Source: an uncultured Clostridia bacterium
GTDB taxonomy: Bacteria > Bacillota > Clostridia > Oscillospirales > Oscillospiraceae
DNA: 64,000 nucleotides
Assembly: GCA_947058885.1 (NCBI GenBank)
Contig: CAMSIF010000001.1
Coordinates: forward strand, 19,997 to 83,996
Direction of reading: 5' to 3'
This document shows, piece after piece, positions 34,531 to 43,956 of the stretch. Under the pieces are notes generated by a model. The model saw nothing but the letters and a program-made list of their open reading frames with translations. It searched no databases and was not told the DNA's origin. Numbering within the stretch: position 1 is the first letter of the stretch; each line of letters begins with the position of its first letter. Position numbers and translations under genes: made by a program.

Positions 34531-35235
34531 ATGAAAAAACCAATCATAGGCATTGTACCTCTGGTGGATAAGGGACGGGAAAGCTTATGGATGCTTCCGG
34601 GCTACATGGAGGGGGTCAAGCTGGCGGGAGGCCTGCCGGTAATGCTTCCCCTGACAGAAGACGCGGAAGATGCCAGGGAGCTTGCCGCGCTGTGCGGCGG
34701 GTTCATCTTCGCCGGAGGCCACGACGTTTCACCGGCAGTCTACGGCGAGGAAACGCTGCCGCTCTGCGGCGAGCTCTGCCCGGAGCGGGACCGGATGGAA
34801 ACGTTTCTGCTTCAGGAAGTCCTGGCGGCGGACAAGGCGGCTCTGGGCATCTGCCGGGGACTACAGCTGATGAACGCCGCCCTGGGCGGCACGCTGTATC
34901 AGGACCTGCCTGTCCAGCGGCCCTCGGACTGCGAGCACCATATGGCGGCCCCCTATGACCGGGAGGCCCACAAAATTGTCCTGACCGCAGGCTCGCCCAT
35001 TGCGGACCTCCTGCAAACCGGCGAGATTGGCGTCAACAGCTGCCACCATCAGGCCGTTAAGGAGCTGAGTTCCCGGCTGGCGGTTATGGCCTCCGCGCCC
35101 GACGGCGTGGTGGAGGCGGTCTATCTGCCGGAAAAACGGTTCGTCTGGGCGGTGCAGTGGCACCCGGAGTTCTCCTACAAGACGGACGCGAACAGCCGGC
35201 GGCTGTTCGCCGCCCTGGTAGAGAACAGCCGGTAA
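34531..35235 (+). CDS. Gamma-glutamyl-GABA hydrolase-like class-I glutamine amidotransferase (peptidase C26)
   Basis: Nucleophile elbow GICRGLQLMN, HHQAV, and WAVQWHPEF with the catalytic His-Glu. Confidence 0.88.
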   Translation: MKKPIIGIVPLVDKGRESLWMLPGYMEGVKLAGGLPVMLPLTEDAEDARELAALCGGFIFAGGHDVSPAVYGEETLPLCGELCPERDRMETFLLQEVLAADKAALGICRGLQLMNAALGGTLYQDLPVQRPSDCEHHMAAPYDREAHKIVLTAGSPIADLLQTGEIGVNSCHHQAVKELSSRLAVMASAPDGVVEAVYLPEKRFVWAVQWHPEFSYKTDANSRRLFAALVENSR

Positions 35236-35247
35236 CAGGAGGAGTTC

Positions 35248-38200
35248 ATGTATATTGCCGACCTTCATATCCACTCCCGGTACTCCCGGGCCACCAGCAA
35301 GGACTGCGACCTGCCCCATCTGGACCTCTGGGCCCGCTGGAAGGGCATCGCCCTGTTGGGTACAGGGGACTTCACCCACCCCGCCTGGCGGGAGGAGATA
35401 CGGGAACAGCTGGTTTCCATGGGAGACGGGACCTATACCCTTAAGAAGGAATTCCGTCTTCCCGGCGGACCGGAGGACCAGATTCCCCGGTTCATCCTCA
35501 CCGGGGAAATCAGCAATATCTACAAGCGGGGCGGCAGAACACGGAAGGTCCATAACCTTATCCTGCTCCCCAGTCTGGAGGCGGCGGAGGAGCTCTCTGT
35601 CCGCCTGGAGGCCATCGGCAATATCCGCTCCGACGGACGGCCCATTCTGGGCCTGGACAGCCGGGACCTGCTGGAGATTACGTTGGAAGCCGTCCCGGAC
35701 GCGGAGTTTATCCCCGCCCATATCTGGACGCCCCATTTTTCTCTTTTCGGGGCTTTCTCCGGCTTTGAACGGATGGAGGAGTGCTTCGCCGACCTGACGG
35801 AGCATATCCACGCGGTGGAGACGGGACTCTCCTCTGACCCGCCCATGAACTGGCGGCTCTCCGCCCTGGACGGCCTCACCCTGGTCTCCCATTCCGACGC
35901 CCATTCCCCCGCCAAGCTGGGCCGGGAGGCGGATTTGCTGGAGACGGATGTAACCTATTCCGGTTTGGTACAGGCTATCCGCACCGGCGAGGGCTTCCAC
36001 GGCACGGTGGAGTTTTTCCCGGAGGAGGGAAAATACCACCTGGACGGCCACCGGAACTGCGGCGTATGCCTGACTCCCGCCGAAACCCAGGAGCGGGGCG
36101 GAATATGTCCGGTGTGCGGGAAAAAACTGACCATCGGCGTGGAGCACCGGGTGGAAGCCCTGGCGGACCGTCCGGAGGGGTTCCGTCCAGAGAGGGCCAA
36201 GCCGTTCGAGAGTCTGGCCCCCCTGCCGGAGGTGATTGCCGCCTCCACCGGCGTCTCCGCCGCCAGCAAGCGCACGGCGGAGCTGTACCAAAAAATGCTG
36301 CGCGCGCTGGGTCCGGAATTCCATGTCCTCCGGGACGCCCCTGTCTCCGAGGTGGAACGGGTGGCGGGGGCCTGCGTGGCCGAGGGCCTGCGCCGCCTGC
36401 GGGCGGGACAGGTGGAGCGGCGGCCCGGCTTTGACGGGGAGTACGGCGTCATCTCCCTGCTGGCCCCGGCGGAAATTGAGCGCACCGGCGGACAGATTTC
36501 CCTGTTTGGCCTGGACATGCCGGGGAAAAAGGCCGTCAGGAAACGGGAACTGAAAAAAACGTCCGCCCGGCCTCTCCCCGCGCCAGATATCCCCGCCGGA
36601 CTGAACCCGGAACAGGAGGCCGCCGTAACGGCGGCGGAACCGGTGGCGGCGGTGATTGCCGGACCGGGGACCGGCAAAACCAAAACCCTGGTTTCCCGGA
36701 TTGCCTATCTGGTGGAGGAGCGGGGCGTTCGCCCCGGCGAAATCACCGCCGTTACCTTCACCAATCAGGCGGCGGACGAGCTCCGCAGCCGCCTGGAGGC
36801 CCGTCTGGGCGGCAAGCGGGCCACAGCCCGTATGAACATTGGAACGTTCCACGCCATCTGTCTGGGATTGCTGAAAGACGTGAAGCTTCTTGGGCCGTCC
36901 GAGGCATTGGAGCTGGCGGGGCAGGTCCTCCGCAGCCAGGGGAGCCGCCTTACCGCCAAAAGCCTGCTGCAAGCGGTCTCCCAAGTAAAAAACGGCTTCT
37001 CCCTGGAGGACGCCTCCCTGGAAGAAAGCCTGTACAACGCCTACCTGTCCCGGCAGGCCGAACTGGGGGTTCTGGACTTCGACGGCCTTCTCATAGAAGC
37101 CCTCAAGCTTGACACGGCCGGGCAAAAGCAATTCCTCCATATCCTTGTGGATGAATTTCAAGATATCAACGACCTCCAATACCGCCTGCTCCAGTCCTGG
37201 AGCAAGGACGGAAAAACCCTCTTCGCCATCGGCGACCCAGACCAGTCTATCTACGGCTTCCGGGGGGCTTCGTCCGGCTGTTTCCGGCGTCTGGCGGAGG
37301 ACCGTCCGAAAACCCGCGTCTTCCGCCTGACAAAAAACTACCGCTCCACGCCGGAGATTCTCGCCGCCGCGCGTCCGGTCATCGAGGCCAACCCCGGCGG
37401 TCCCCGTCCCTTGGAGGCCCAGCGGCCATCCGGGCTGGCGGTCCGTTTTCTGCAAGCGCCCGACAGCTTCTCCGAGGCAGTCTGCATCGCCAAGGAAATT
37501 CTCCGCATGACCGGCGGCGGGGACATGCTGGAGGCGCAGCAGCTGGGCCAGGACGGTCCGGCCCGCGCCTTTTCGGACATCGCGGTGCTCTGCCGCACCC
37601 GCCGTCAGCTGGAACTGATTGAGAACTGCCTCCAGCACGACGGCATCCCTTGCGTCGTCAGCGGGCGGGGAGATTTTCTGGATACAGACGAGGTCCGGGG
37701 GTTTCTGTCGTATTTCCGTATGCTGCTGCATCCGGAGGACAGCGCGGCTCATGAGACGGCCCAAAACCATGCCCCGCTGGACGCTCTGGCGCAGCAGGAG
37801 GATTGGCGGGCCCTGGCGGAAAAGGAGAAGCCCTGGAAGCTGGCGGAGCGTTGGATGGACCGCTACGGCGGCACACCCGCTCTGGAACGCCTGCGGAATA
37901 CGGCTGTTTTCCATGGAACGTTTCCGGAGCTCTGGACCGCGCTGGCATTGGGTGAAGAGCCGGACCTGCGGCGGGCATCCCGCCGGGGCTGGGAATCCGG
38001 GGCCGTGCGCCTGATGACCTTCCACGCCGCCAAGGGCCTTGAATTTCCGGCGGTGTTCGCGGCGGGGCTGTCGGTACTCCCTCTGGAGTCGCCCTCCTGC
38101 CGGACGGACGAGGAACGCCGCCTGCTGTATGTGGGCATGACCCGGGCCGGAGAGGAGCTTATCCTGACCTCCGGGCCGGAGTCCTCCCCTTTCCTGTCCG

Positions 38201-38274
38201 CGCTTCCAGACAGCGTGGAGCGAAAAATCCTCGCCCAGCGGCAGCGGCCTATGGAGCAGTTTCGGCTTTTTTAG
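35248..38274 (+). CDS. Fusion of an EndoQ/YqxK-type PHP-domain nuclease with Zn ribbon (aa 1 to about 410) to a UvrD/PcrA-like SF1 helicase (aa about 450-1008)
   Basis: N-terminus: ADLHIHSRYSRATS, HIWTPHF, SHSDAHS, and the zinc ribbon HRNCGVC...ICPVCGKKLTIGVEHRV. C-terminus: helicase motifs I AGPGTGKT, Ia TFTNQAA, II VDEFQD, III GDPDQSIY, V TFHAAKGLEF, VI LLYVGMTRA. Confidence 0.85.
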   Translation: MYIADLHIHSRYSRATSKDCDLPHLDLWARWKGIALLGTGDFTHPAWREEIREQLVSMGDGTYTLKKEFRLPGGPEDQIPRFILTGEISNIYKRGGRTRKVHNLILLPSLEAAEELSVRLEAIGNIRSDGRPILGLDSRDLLEITLEAVPDAEFIPAHIWTPHFSLFGAFSGFERMEECFADLTEHIHAVETGLSSDPPMNWRLSALDGLTLVSHSDAHSPAKLGREADLLETDVTYSGLVQAIRTGEGFHGTVEFFPEEGKYHLDGHRNCGVCLTPAETQERGGICPVCGKKLTIGVEHRVEALADRPEGFRPERAKPFESLAPLPEVIAASTGVSAASKRTAELYQKMLRALGPEFHVLRDAPVSEVERVAGACVAEGLRRLRAGQVERRPGFDGEYGVISLLAPAEIERTGGQISLFGLDMPGKKAVRKRELKKTSARPLPAPDIPAGLNPEQEAAVTAAEPVAAVIAGPGTGKTKTLVSRIAYLVEERGVRPGEITAVTFTNQAADELRSRLEARLGGKRATARMNIGTFHAICLGLLKDVKLLGPSEALELAGQVLRSQGSRLTAKSLLQAVSQVKNGFSLEDASLEESLYNAYLSRQAELGVLDFDGLLIEALKLDTAGQKQFLHILVDEFQDINDLQYRLLQSWSKDGKTLFAIGDPDQSIYGFRGASSGCFRRLAEDRPKTRVFRLTKNYRSTPEILAAARPVIEANPGGPRPLEAQRPSGLAVRFLQAPDSFSEAVCIAKEILRMTGGGDMLEAQQLGQDGPARAFSDIAVLCRTRRQLELIENCLQHDGIPCVVSGRGDFLDTDEVRGFLSYFRMLLHPEDSAAHETAQNHAPLDALAQQEDWRALAEKEKPWKLAERWMDRYGGTPALERLRNTAVFHGTFPELWTALALGEEPDLRRASRRGWESGAVRLMTFHAAKGLEFPAVFAAGLSVLPLESPSCRTDEERRLLYVGMTRAGEELILTSGPESSPFLSALPDSVERKILAQRQRPMEQFRLF

Positions 38275-38295
38275 CGAGAACCCGTATCAAGATAA

Positions 38296-38334
38296 CCGCC
38301 CCTGGAAACGCGGCGTCTGCGTTTCCAGGGGCGG
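38296..38334. terminator. Bidirectional terminator between the convergent helicase-fusion and malQ genes
   Basis: 16-bp perfect stem CCGCCCCTGGAAACGC / GCGTTTCCAGGGGCGG with a 7-nt loop. Confidence 0.65.
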
Positions 38335-38360
38335 CGTGCGTTCTTATTTCCCAGGCGGGG

Positions 38361-39839
38361 CTAGATTCTGCCGTAAATCTTGGCGTACTCCCGCAGTTTC
38401 TTCGCCAGGGACGGCGTGGCCTCGCCGGGCAGAAGCCGCCACTGCCAGTTGCCGTCGGGCTTGCCGGGCGTGTTCATGCGGCCCTCGGCTCCCAGGCCCA
38501 GGCAGTCCTGCATCTGCACCACAAAGGTATCGGCGATACTGGACATGCCGCCCCGTATCATCCCCCAGTTGAAGCCCTCGGCGTCGTTGAGGCCCAGATA
38601 CTTCCGGGCCATGGAGACGTCGGAGCGGTCCGCGCACGCCCGCCACTGCATCACCGTTTCATTGTCGTGGGTACCTACGTAGCACACACAATTGCGGTCA
38701 TAGGTATGGGGCAGGTAATTGCTCGGCTCTCTGATATCAAAGGCGAATTCCAGCACCTTCATGCCGGGCAGGCCGGAGTCCTCCAGCAGCTTTTTCACTT
38801 CCGGCGTAAGAAAGCCCAAGTCCTCGGCAATAATTTTCAGCGTGGGGAACCAGCTGGTGAGAACCCCCACCAAATCCATCCCCGGTCCCTTGCGCCAGTA
38901 TCCGTTCTTTGCGGTAGTCTCCCCGTAGGGCACGGCCCAGTAGCTCTCCAGTCCCCGGAAGTGGTCAATGCGGATAACGTCAAAGAGACGGCCCGCGCCC
39001 TCCACCCGGCGAATCCACCAGCCATAGCCGTCCTGCTTCATCCGGTCGTAGTCGTACAGCGGGTTGCCCCACAGCTGTCCGTCGGCGGTGAAGTAGTCCG
39101 GCGGTACGCCGGAGACCTCGGTAGGCACGTTGCCCTCCCCCAGCTGGAAGAACTCCGGCTCCGCCCATACGTCGGCGGAATCCATGGCCACATAGATAGG
39201 CAGGTCGCCGATAACCTTGATTCCCAGGCTGTGGATATAGTCCCGCAGGGCGTCCCACTGCCGGAAAAACAGGTACTGGAGGTAGGTAAAGAAGTCCACG
39301 TCCTCCCGCAGGTCCCGGCGGTATTTTTCCAAGGCCTCCGGCTTCCGCAGGCGGATATCCTCGTCCGGCCACTCCAGCCAGCTGCGCATGTCAAAATGTT
39401 TTTTGACCGCCATATAGAGGGCGTAATTGGGCAGCCAGGGATTTTTCTCCTGGAACGCCTCCACCGCCTCCCGGTCCCGGGGGAAGCCTTTGCGGAAAGC
39501 GGCCTTGAGCACGGTAAAGCGGGATTCGTAAATTCTGCCGTAATCCACCCGGCGGGGGTTGGTTCCCCAATCGATGCGCTCCAGCTGGTCCTTATCCAGC
39601 AGGCCGTCTTCCGCCAGCAGGTCCAAGTCGATAAAGTAGGGGTTTCCGGCGAAGGTGGAAAAGCTCTGGTAGGGGCTGTCTCCGTAGCTGGTGGGTCCCA
39701 GGGGCAGTAGCTGCCAGTACTTCTGCCCGGCGGCCTGGAGAAAACTGGCAAACCGGTAAGCTTCCCTCCCCAAAGTGCCGATGCCGTAAGGGGAGGGAAG
39801 GGATGAGATATGAAGGAGGATTCCGCTGTTGCGGTCCAT
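38361..39839 (-). CDS. malQ: 4-alpha-glucanotransferase (amylomaltase, GH77)
   Basis: GILLHISSLPSPYGIGTLG, YWQLLPLGPT and GDSPYQS are GH77 hallmarks. ATG 39839 lies 6 nt after AGAGGGA. Confidence 0.92.
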   Translation of the reverse strand: MDRNSGILLHISSLPSPYGIGTLGREAYRFASFLQAAGQKYWQLLPLGPTSYGDSPYQSFSTFAGNPYFIDLDLLAEDGLLDKDQLERIDWGTNPRRVDYGRIYESRFTVLKAAFRKGFPRDREAVEAFQEKNPWLPNYALYMAVKKHFDMRSWLEWPDEDIRLRKPEALEKYRRDLREDVDFFTYLQYLFFRQWDALRDYIHSLGIKVIGDLPIYVAMDSADVWAEPEFFQLGEGNVPTEVSGVPPDYFTADGQLWGNPLYDYDRMKQDGYGWWIRRVEGAGRLFDVIRIDHFRGLESYWAVPYGETTAKNGYWRKGPGMDLVGVLTSWFPTLKIIAEDLGFLTPEVKKLLEDSGLPGMKVLEFAFDIREPSNYLPHTYDRNCVCYVGTHDNETVMQWRACADRSDVSMARKYLGLNDAEGFNWGMIRGGMSSIADTFVVQMQDCLGLGAEGRMNTPGKPDGNWQWRLLPGEATPSLAKKLREYAKIYGRI

Positions 39840-40030
39840 AGGCAATCCCTCTTTCCAACATGATTTTTAGGACATACTTTTTGACATTTTACCATTCAAA
39901 CCGGCCGGTGTAAAGGGGGAGTTTCCGGCTGGCCTGGAAATTTCCCTTGAAAAAAGCGCCAGGATACGGTATACTGTATAAATGGGGACTTCGCGCCAAC
40001 GAAAAAATGACGCAAGGAGAAGTGATCGGA

Positions 40031-40897
40031 ATGACATTAATTGAGCGGCTTCAGGAAAAGCAGCCCTTTTTAACCCGCAAGCAGCGGGAGGTTGTGGACT
40101 ATATGCTGGAGGACCTGGAGCGGATGAGCTACGTTACCCTCAAGGAGATGAGCCGCGAGACCGGGGTGACGGAGATGACCATTCTCAAAACGTGCAGTCT
40201 GTTGGGGTTTTCCAGCTTCAGCGCGTTAAAATATGAATTCCGCAAATACGCGGCCCAGCAGCTGGAACTTCTGCGCCACCAGATTAACGAGTATCCCATG
40301 CCCCCCGCCCCGGACTACGAGCTGGACGACCCCCAGCGTCTGCTGAAGGAGATTTGCGACGAGGAGGCCCATCTGACCAGCCTGTTTTTCCAGCGGGTGG
40401 ACCTGCGGCGGATTTTTGAGGCCGTGGATATGCTTCTGGATTCTGACCAGATTATCCTATGCGGCAGGGGCGTTTCCTACAACATCTGCGATTATTTGTC
40501 CATGCGCCTGGCCACGCTGGGACAGGGCGTAGCCACCATCAATTCCGAGCTGGATGACAGTATCCACGCCGCCCTGCCTCTTCTGACGGAGCGGTCCCTT
40601 CTGGTGGCGGTCTCCTTCCCGGACTACTACCGCATGACCATCAAGGTGGCCGAATACGCCCAGCGGAAGGGCGTCCGGGTGCTGGGGCTGACGGACTCGG
40701 AAAAATCTCCCATCACCCCCTTCTGCGCCATGACGCTCCATGCCCCTACCCAGACCAGAATGTTCCTCAACACCATCAGTACGCCTATGGTTCTGGTGAA
40801 TCTGCTCACCACCGCGCTGCACATCCGTCTGAGCGAGCAGGAGGTAAATTTCGGGGAAAATATCGAGGAATTTTACTCCCTGTTTCCAGAACGGTGA
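40031..40897 (+). CDS. MurR/RpiR-family transcriptional regulator (HTH_6 + SIS domain)
   Basis: The N-terminus LTRKQREVVDYMLEDLERMSYVTLKEMSRETGVTEMTILKTCSLLGFSSFSALKYEF is the RpiR HTH. The C-terminal half is SIS-like (ILCGRGVSYNICDYLSMRL). Confidence 0.85.
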   Translation: MTLIERLQEKQPFLTRKQREVVDYMLEDLERMSYVTLKEMSRETGVTEMTILKTCSLLGFSSFSALKYEFRKYAAQQLELLRHQINEYPMPPAPDYELDDPQRLLKEICDEEAHLTSLFFQRVDLRRIFEAVDMLLDSDQIILCGRGVSYNICDYLSMRLATLGQGVATINSELDDSIHAALPLLTERSLLVAVSFPDYYRMTIKVAEYAQRKGVRVLGLTDSEKSPITPFCAMTLHAPTQTRMFLNTISTPMVLVNLLTTALHIRLSEQEVNFGENIEEFYSLFPER

Positions 40898-40998
40898 ATA
40901 TGGAAGACGCGGTCGCGGTGCGGCCGTTTCTTTTTTGTCTATTTTCGCTATATTACAAAGGTGTTTATAGTGAAAGTTTATAAAAGTTAGAGCGCGTA

Positions 40999-41028
40999 TT
41001 GACAAAGGGTTGAAGCGTATGCTATATT
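40999..41028 (+). promoter_or_regulatory. Sigma-A-type promoter of the peptide-transporter operon
   Basis: TTGACA (40999-41004), 18 nt, TGC-TATATT (41023-41028). It predicts a leader of about 190 nt. Confidence 0.55.
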
Positions 41029-41078
41029 TTTGCTATGCTCACCGTTTTTCTGTGATGCAGAGCATGATGGAGAAGATT

Positions 41079-41153
41079 GCAGCGCGTGTCAGCGAGGGGC
41101 CGGCCCCTCGCTGACCAAGGTATTACCTTGGTCAAACGGCTTTCCCGCGCTGC
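41079..41153 (+). promoter_or_regulatory. 75-nt nested-palindrome element in the operon leader (structured RNA or tandem operators)
   Basis: Outer pair GCAGCGCG (41079-86) / CGCGCTGC (41146-53). It encloses the perfect 28-nt palindrome GTCAGCGAGGGGCC|GGCCCCTCGCTGAC (41088-41115) and the 21-nt palindrome GACCAAGGTA-T-TACCTTGGTC (41113-41133). Confidence 0.6.
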
Positions 41154-41223
41154 TCCGGTGGGCGCACTTCACAACACAGCGGGGGATTTTTCCCGCAAAA
41201 CAGATGGAAAAGGAGTTGTTTCT

Positions 41224-42936
41224 ATGCGCAAAACACTAAGCTTCCTGCTGGCCCTGGTCATGCTGCTGTCCCTGGCGGCCTGCGGCGGCGGCAACACCCC
41301 CAACAACAATGCCCCGCAGGGCGGCAGCCAGGACAATAACAATGGCTCCAATCAGCCCTCCGGCGGCGCCCAGTACTATAACACGTACTTAGGCACCGAC
41401 CCCACCTCTATGGATATCTCCCGCATTTCTGACACATACTCCACCGCTATCGTCACCAACGTGATGGAGGGCCTGGTCCGCCTCGGCGAGGAGAACGGCG
41501 ACTACGTCATGATGCCCGGCGACGCGCAGACCTGGGACCTCAGCGACGACGGCACCGTATGGACCTTCCACCTGGGCGACAACAAGTGGTCCGACGGCGA
41601 GCCTGTCACCGCTGAGCAGTATGTCTACTCCCTCAAGCGCAGCATTGACCCTGAAACCGGCTGCCCCAACGACAACTTCCTCAGCCCCATCAAGGGCTAC
41701 AACGAGATCCGCAACAACGGCGCGGACCCCGACACCCTGGCCGTAGAGGCCCTGGACGAGAAGACCCTCCAGATTACCCTGGCCTACCCCATGGCCTCCT
41801 TCCTGGAGATGTGCTCTAACTCCATCTATTTCCCCCTGCGTCAGGACAAGATTGAGGAATACGGCGAGAAGTACGGCACCGAGCCGGAGTACACCATCTT
41901 TAACGGCCCCTACGCCATGACCGAGTGGGTCCACAACAGCAGCATTACCCTCACCAAGAACCCCCACTACTGGGATGCCGCCAACGTGCAGATTGAGACT
42001 GTCCACTACTCCATCCTGGGCGACTCCAGCACCGTCTACAACGCCTACGATACCGGCGATTTGGACTATGTGAGCACCAGCGAGGCTGAGTGGATGGACA
42101 AATATCTCAGCGATCCTGACAACAACGATTACAACCAAATCCCCTCCCAGACCCTGGCCTACAGCTTCTACAACACAAAGGACGAGCTGTTCCAGAACGC
42201 CAACATCCGCAAGGCCTTCACCCTGGCTATGGACCGGGCGGAGCTGAACGAGATGTGCTTCAGCGGCGCCAATATCCCCACCTTCGGCTGGATCAACACC
42301 ACCATTTCCGTGGGCAGCACCAACTTCCGTGAGTACGCCGGCGACACCATCCAGGAGATGATTGACGAGCTGACCGCTCAGGGCAAGACCCCCAAGGATT
42401 TGCTCATCCAGGGCATGGAGGAGCTGGGGCTCGGCAGCGACCCCTCCACCCTCACCGTTACCTTCTCCCTGGCCGGTACCGACGATTGGTTCCGTACCTA
42501 CGGCGAGTACCTCCAGCAGTCCTATCAGAGCACGCTGGGCATCAACATGGAGATTTCCTTCAACGACTGGGCTATCTTCTATGACGACGTGCAGAACGGC
42601 AACTACCAGATCGCCTACATGGCCTGGGGCGCTTACTATAACGACCCCTACGACATGCTCAGCCTCTTCCACACCAACAACGACGCTATTATGACCGGCT
42701 GGTCCAACGCCGAGTATGATAAGCTGGTGACGGAGGCTCTGGGCGTGCAGGACGAGGCGAAGCGCATTGAGATGTACAAGCAGGCTGAGGATATCCTCCT
42801 GCGGGAAGAGTGCGCCGTCTGTCCCGTACTGACCTTCGTCAGCAACTACTTCTACCGTCCTTATGTCACGGGCTACAGCACCCTGACCTTCGGCAGCACC
42901 GGTCTGAAGGGTATGTCCACCGGCGCTCGTCCGTAA
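41224..42936 (+). CDS. Peptide ABC transporter substrate-binding lipoprotein (Opp/Dpp family 5)
   Basis: Lipoprotein signal MRKTLSFLLALVMLLSLAAC, then an SBP_bac_5-like sequence (YNTYLGTDPTSMD, EGLVRL.., WSDGEPVTAEQYVYS). Confidence 0.88.
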   Translation: MRKTLSFLLALVMLLSLAACGGGNTPNNNAPQGGSQDNNNGSNQPSGGAQYYNTYLGTDPTSMDISRISDTYSTAIVTNVMEGLVRLGEENGDYVMMPGDAQTWDLSDDGTVWTFHLGDNKWSDGEPVTAEQYVYSLKRSIDPETGCPNDNFLSPIKGYNEIRNNGADPDTLAVEALDEKTLQITLAYPMASFLEMCSNSIYFPLRQDKIEEYGEKYGTEPEYTIFNGPYAMTEWVHNSSITLTKNPHYWDAANVQIETVHYSILGDSSTVYNAYDTGDLDYVSTSEAEWMDKYLSDPDNNDYNQIPSQTLAYSFYNTKDELFQNANIRKAFTLAMDRAELNEMCFSGANIPTFGWINTTISVGSTNFREYAGDTIQEMIDELTAQGKTPKDLLIQGMEELGLGSDPSTLTVTFSLAGTDDWFRTYGEYLQQSYQSTLGINMEISFNDWAIFYDDVQNGNYQIAYMAWGAYYNDPYDMLSLFHTNNDAIMTGWSNAEYDKLVTEALGVQDEAKRIEMYKQAEDILLREECAVCPVLTFVSNYFYRPYVTGYSTLTFGSTGLKGMSTGARP

Positions 42937-42951
42937 AGACCCCTTGGTAAG

Positions 42952-42980
42952 AAAAGGGCAGCGCCGCGCTGCCCTTTTCC
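42952..42980 (+). terminator. Intra-operon hairpin after the binding-protein gene (partial terminator or stabiliser)
   Basis: AAAAGGGCAGCG-CCG-CGCTGCCCTTTT followed by CC. Confidence 0.5.
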
Positions 42981-43014
42981 CCATTCTGGAGAGAACCTGA
43001 AAGGAGACGCCGCT

Positions 43015-43944
43015 ATGGCAAAATATATTGTAAAACGCGTGCTGGCGATGCTGCTGACATTGTTTGTGGTGGTTTCGCTGACCTTTTTCCTGGTCCACGC
43101 GATTCCTGGCGACCCCCTGGCCAGCATGGCCAAGGCCCTCCCGCAGCAGACCCGGGAGGCCTACTACGCCCGCTACGGGTTGGATAAGCCCGTTTTTGAG
43201 CAATATGTCCTCTACATGAAAAACCTCCTGCGGCTGGACCTGGGCTCCAGCTTGAAATTCGCGGGCCGCTCCGTGGGCGGCACCATCGCCTCCACCGCGC
43301 CAATCTCCGGCCTGGTGGGGGGCATCGCCCTGCTGATTGGTACGGCGGTCGGGGTGCTGCTGGGCATTCTGGCCGCGCTGAACAAGGGAAAATGGCCGGA
43401 CCAGGTCATCCGCGTGGTGGCTATCCTGGGTACCACGATTCCCGTCTTTGTACTCATCTCCCTCTTCCAGCTCTTTTTCGCCGTCAAGATGGGCTGGCTG
43501 CCCTCGTCGGGATGGGGAAAACCAATCCACCTGGTGATGCCGGTGATGGTTATGTGTATCGGCACCATCGCCACCTACTCCCGCTACGTGCGCACCAGTA
43601 TGCTGGAGACGCTGGACCAGGACTATGTCCTCACCGCCCGGGCCAAGGGCCTCTCCGAATTTAAGATTGTCACCCGCCACGTCCTGCGCAATTCCCTCAT
43701 GCCCGCAGTCACCATTTTTGTCAGCAGTATGGTGGGTATCTTCACCGGCGCGTTTATCACAGAGCAGATGTTTTCCATCCCTGGTATTGGCTTCTATTAC
43801 ATTACATCCATCAACCAGCGGGACTATACCATGGTGATGGGCACCACCGTATTCTACGCGGTGCTCTTTATCGTTATGCAGATGGTTCTGGATATCATCT
43901 ATACGCTCATCGACCCGCGCATCCGGGTCGCCGGCGGCAAGTAA
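43015..43944 (+). CDS. Peptide ABC transporter permease (OppB/DppB type)
   Basis: The N-terminus MAKYIVKRVLAMLLTLFVV.SLTFFLVH.IPGDP and the EAA loop region are typical of OppB. Confidence 0.9.
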   Translation: MAKYIVKRVLAMLLTLFVVVSLTFFLVHAIPGDPLASMAKALPQQTREAYYARYGLDKPVFEQYVLYMKNLLRLDLGSSLKFAGRSVGGTIASTAPISGLVGGIALLIGTAVGVLLGILAALNKGKWPDQVIRVVAILGTTIPVFVLISLFQLFFAVKMGWLPSSGWGKPIHLVMPVMVMCIGTIATYSRYVRTSMLETLDQDYVLTARAKGLSEFKIVTRHVLRNSLMPAVTIFVSSMVGIFTGAFITEQMFSIPGIGFYYITSINQRDYTMVMGTTVFYAVLFIVMQMVLDIIYTLIDPRIRVAGGK

Positions 43945-43956
43945 GGAGGGAAGGGT

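Noticed and set aside
34861-38025. 1054-aa stop-free minus-strand ORF, the longest ORF in the window
   Set aside because: It is exactly antisense to the amidotransferase 3' end and the EndoQ-UvrD fusion gene, which has complete nuclease and helicase motif sets. The product is Gly/Arg/Pro/Gln/Leu-rich and there is no RBS. It is remarkable in length but explained by codon bias.
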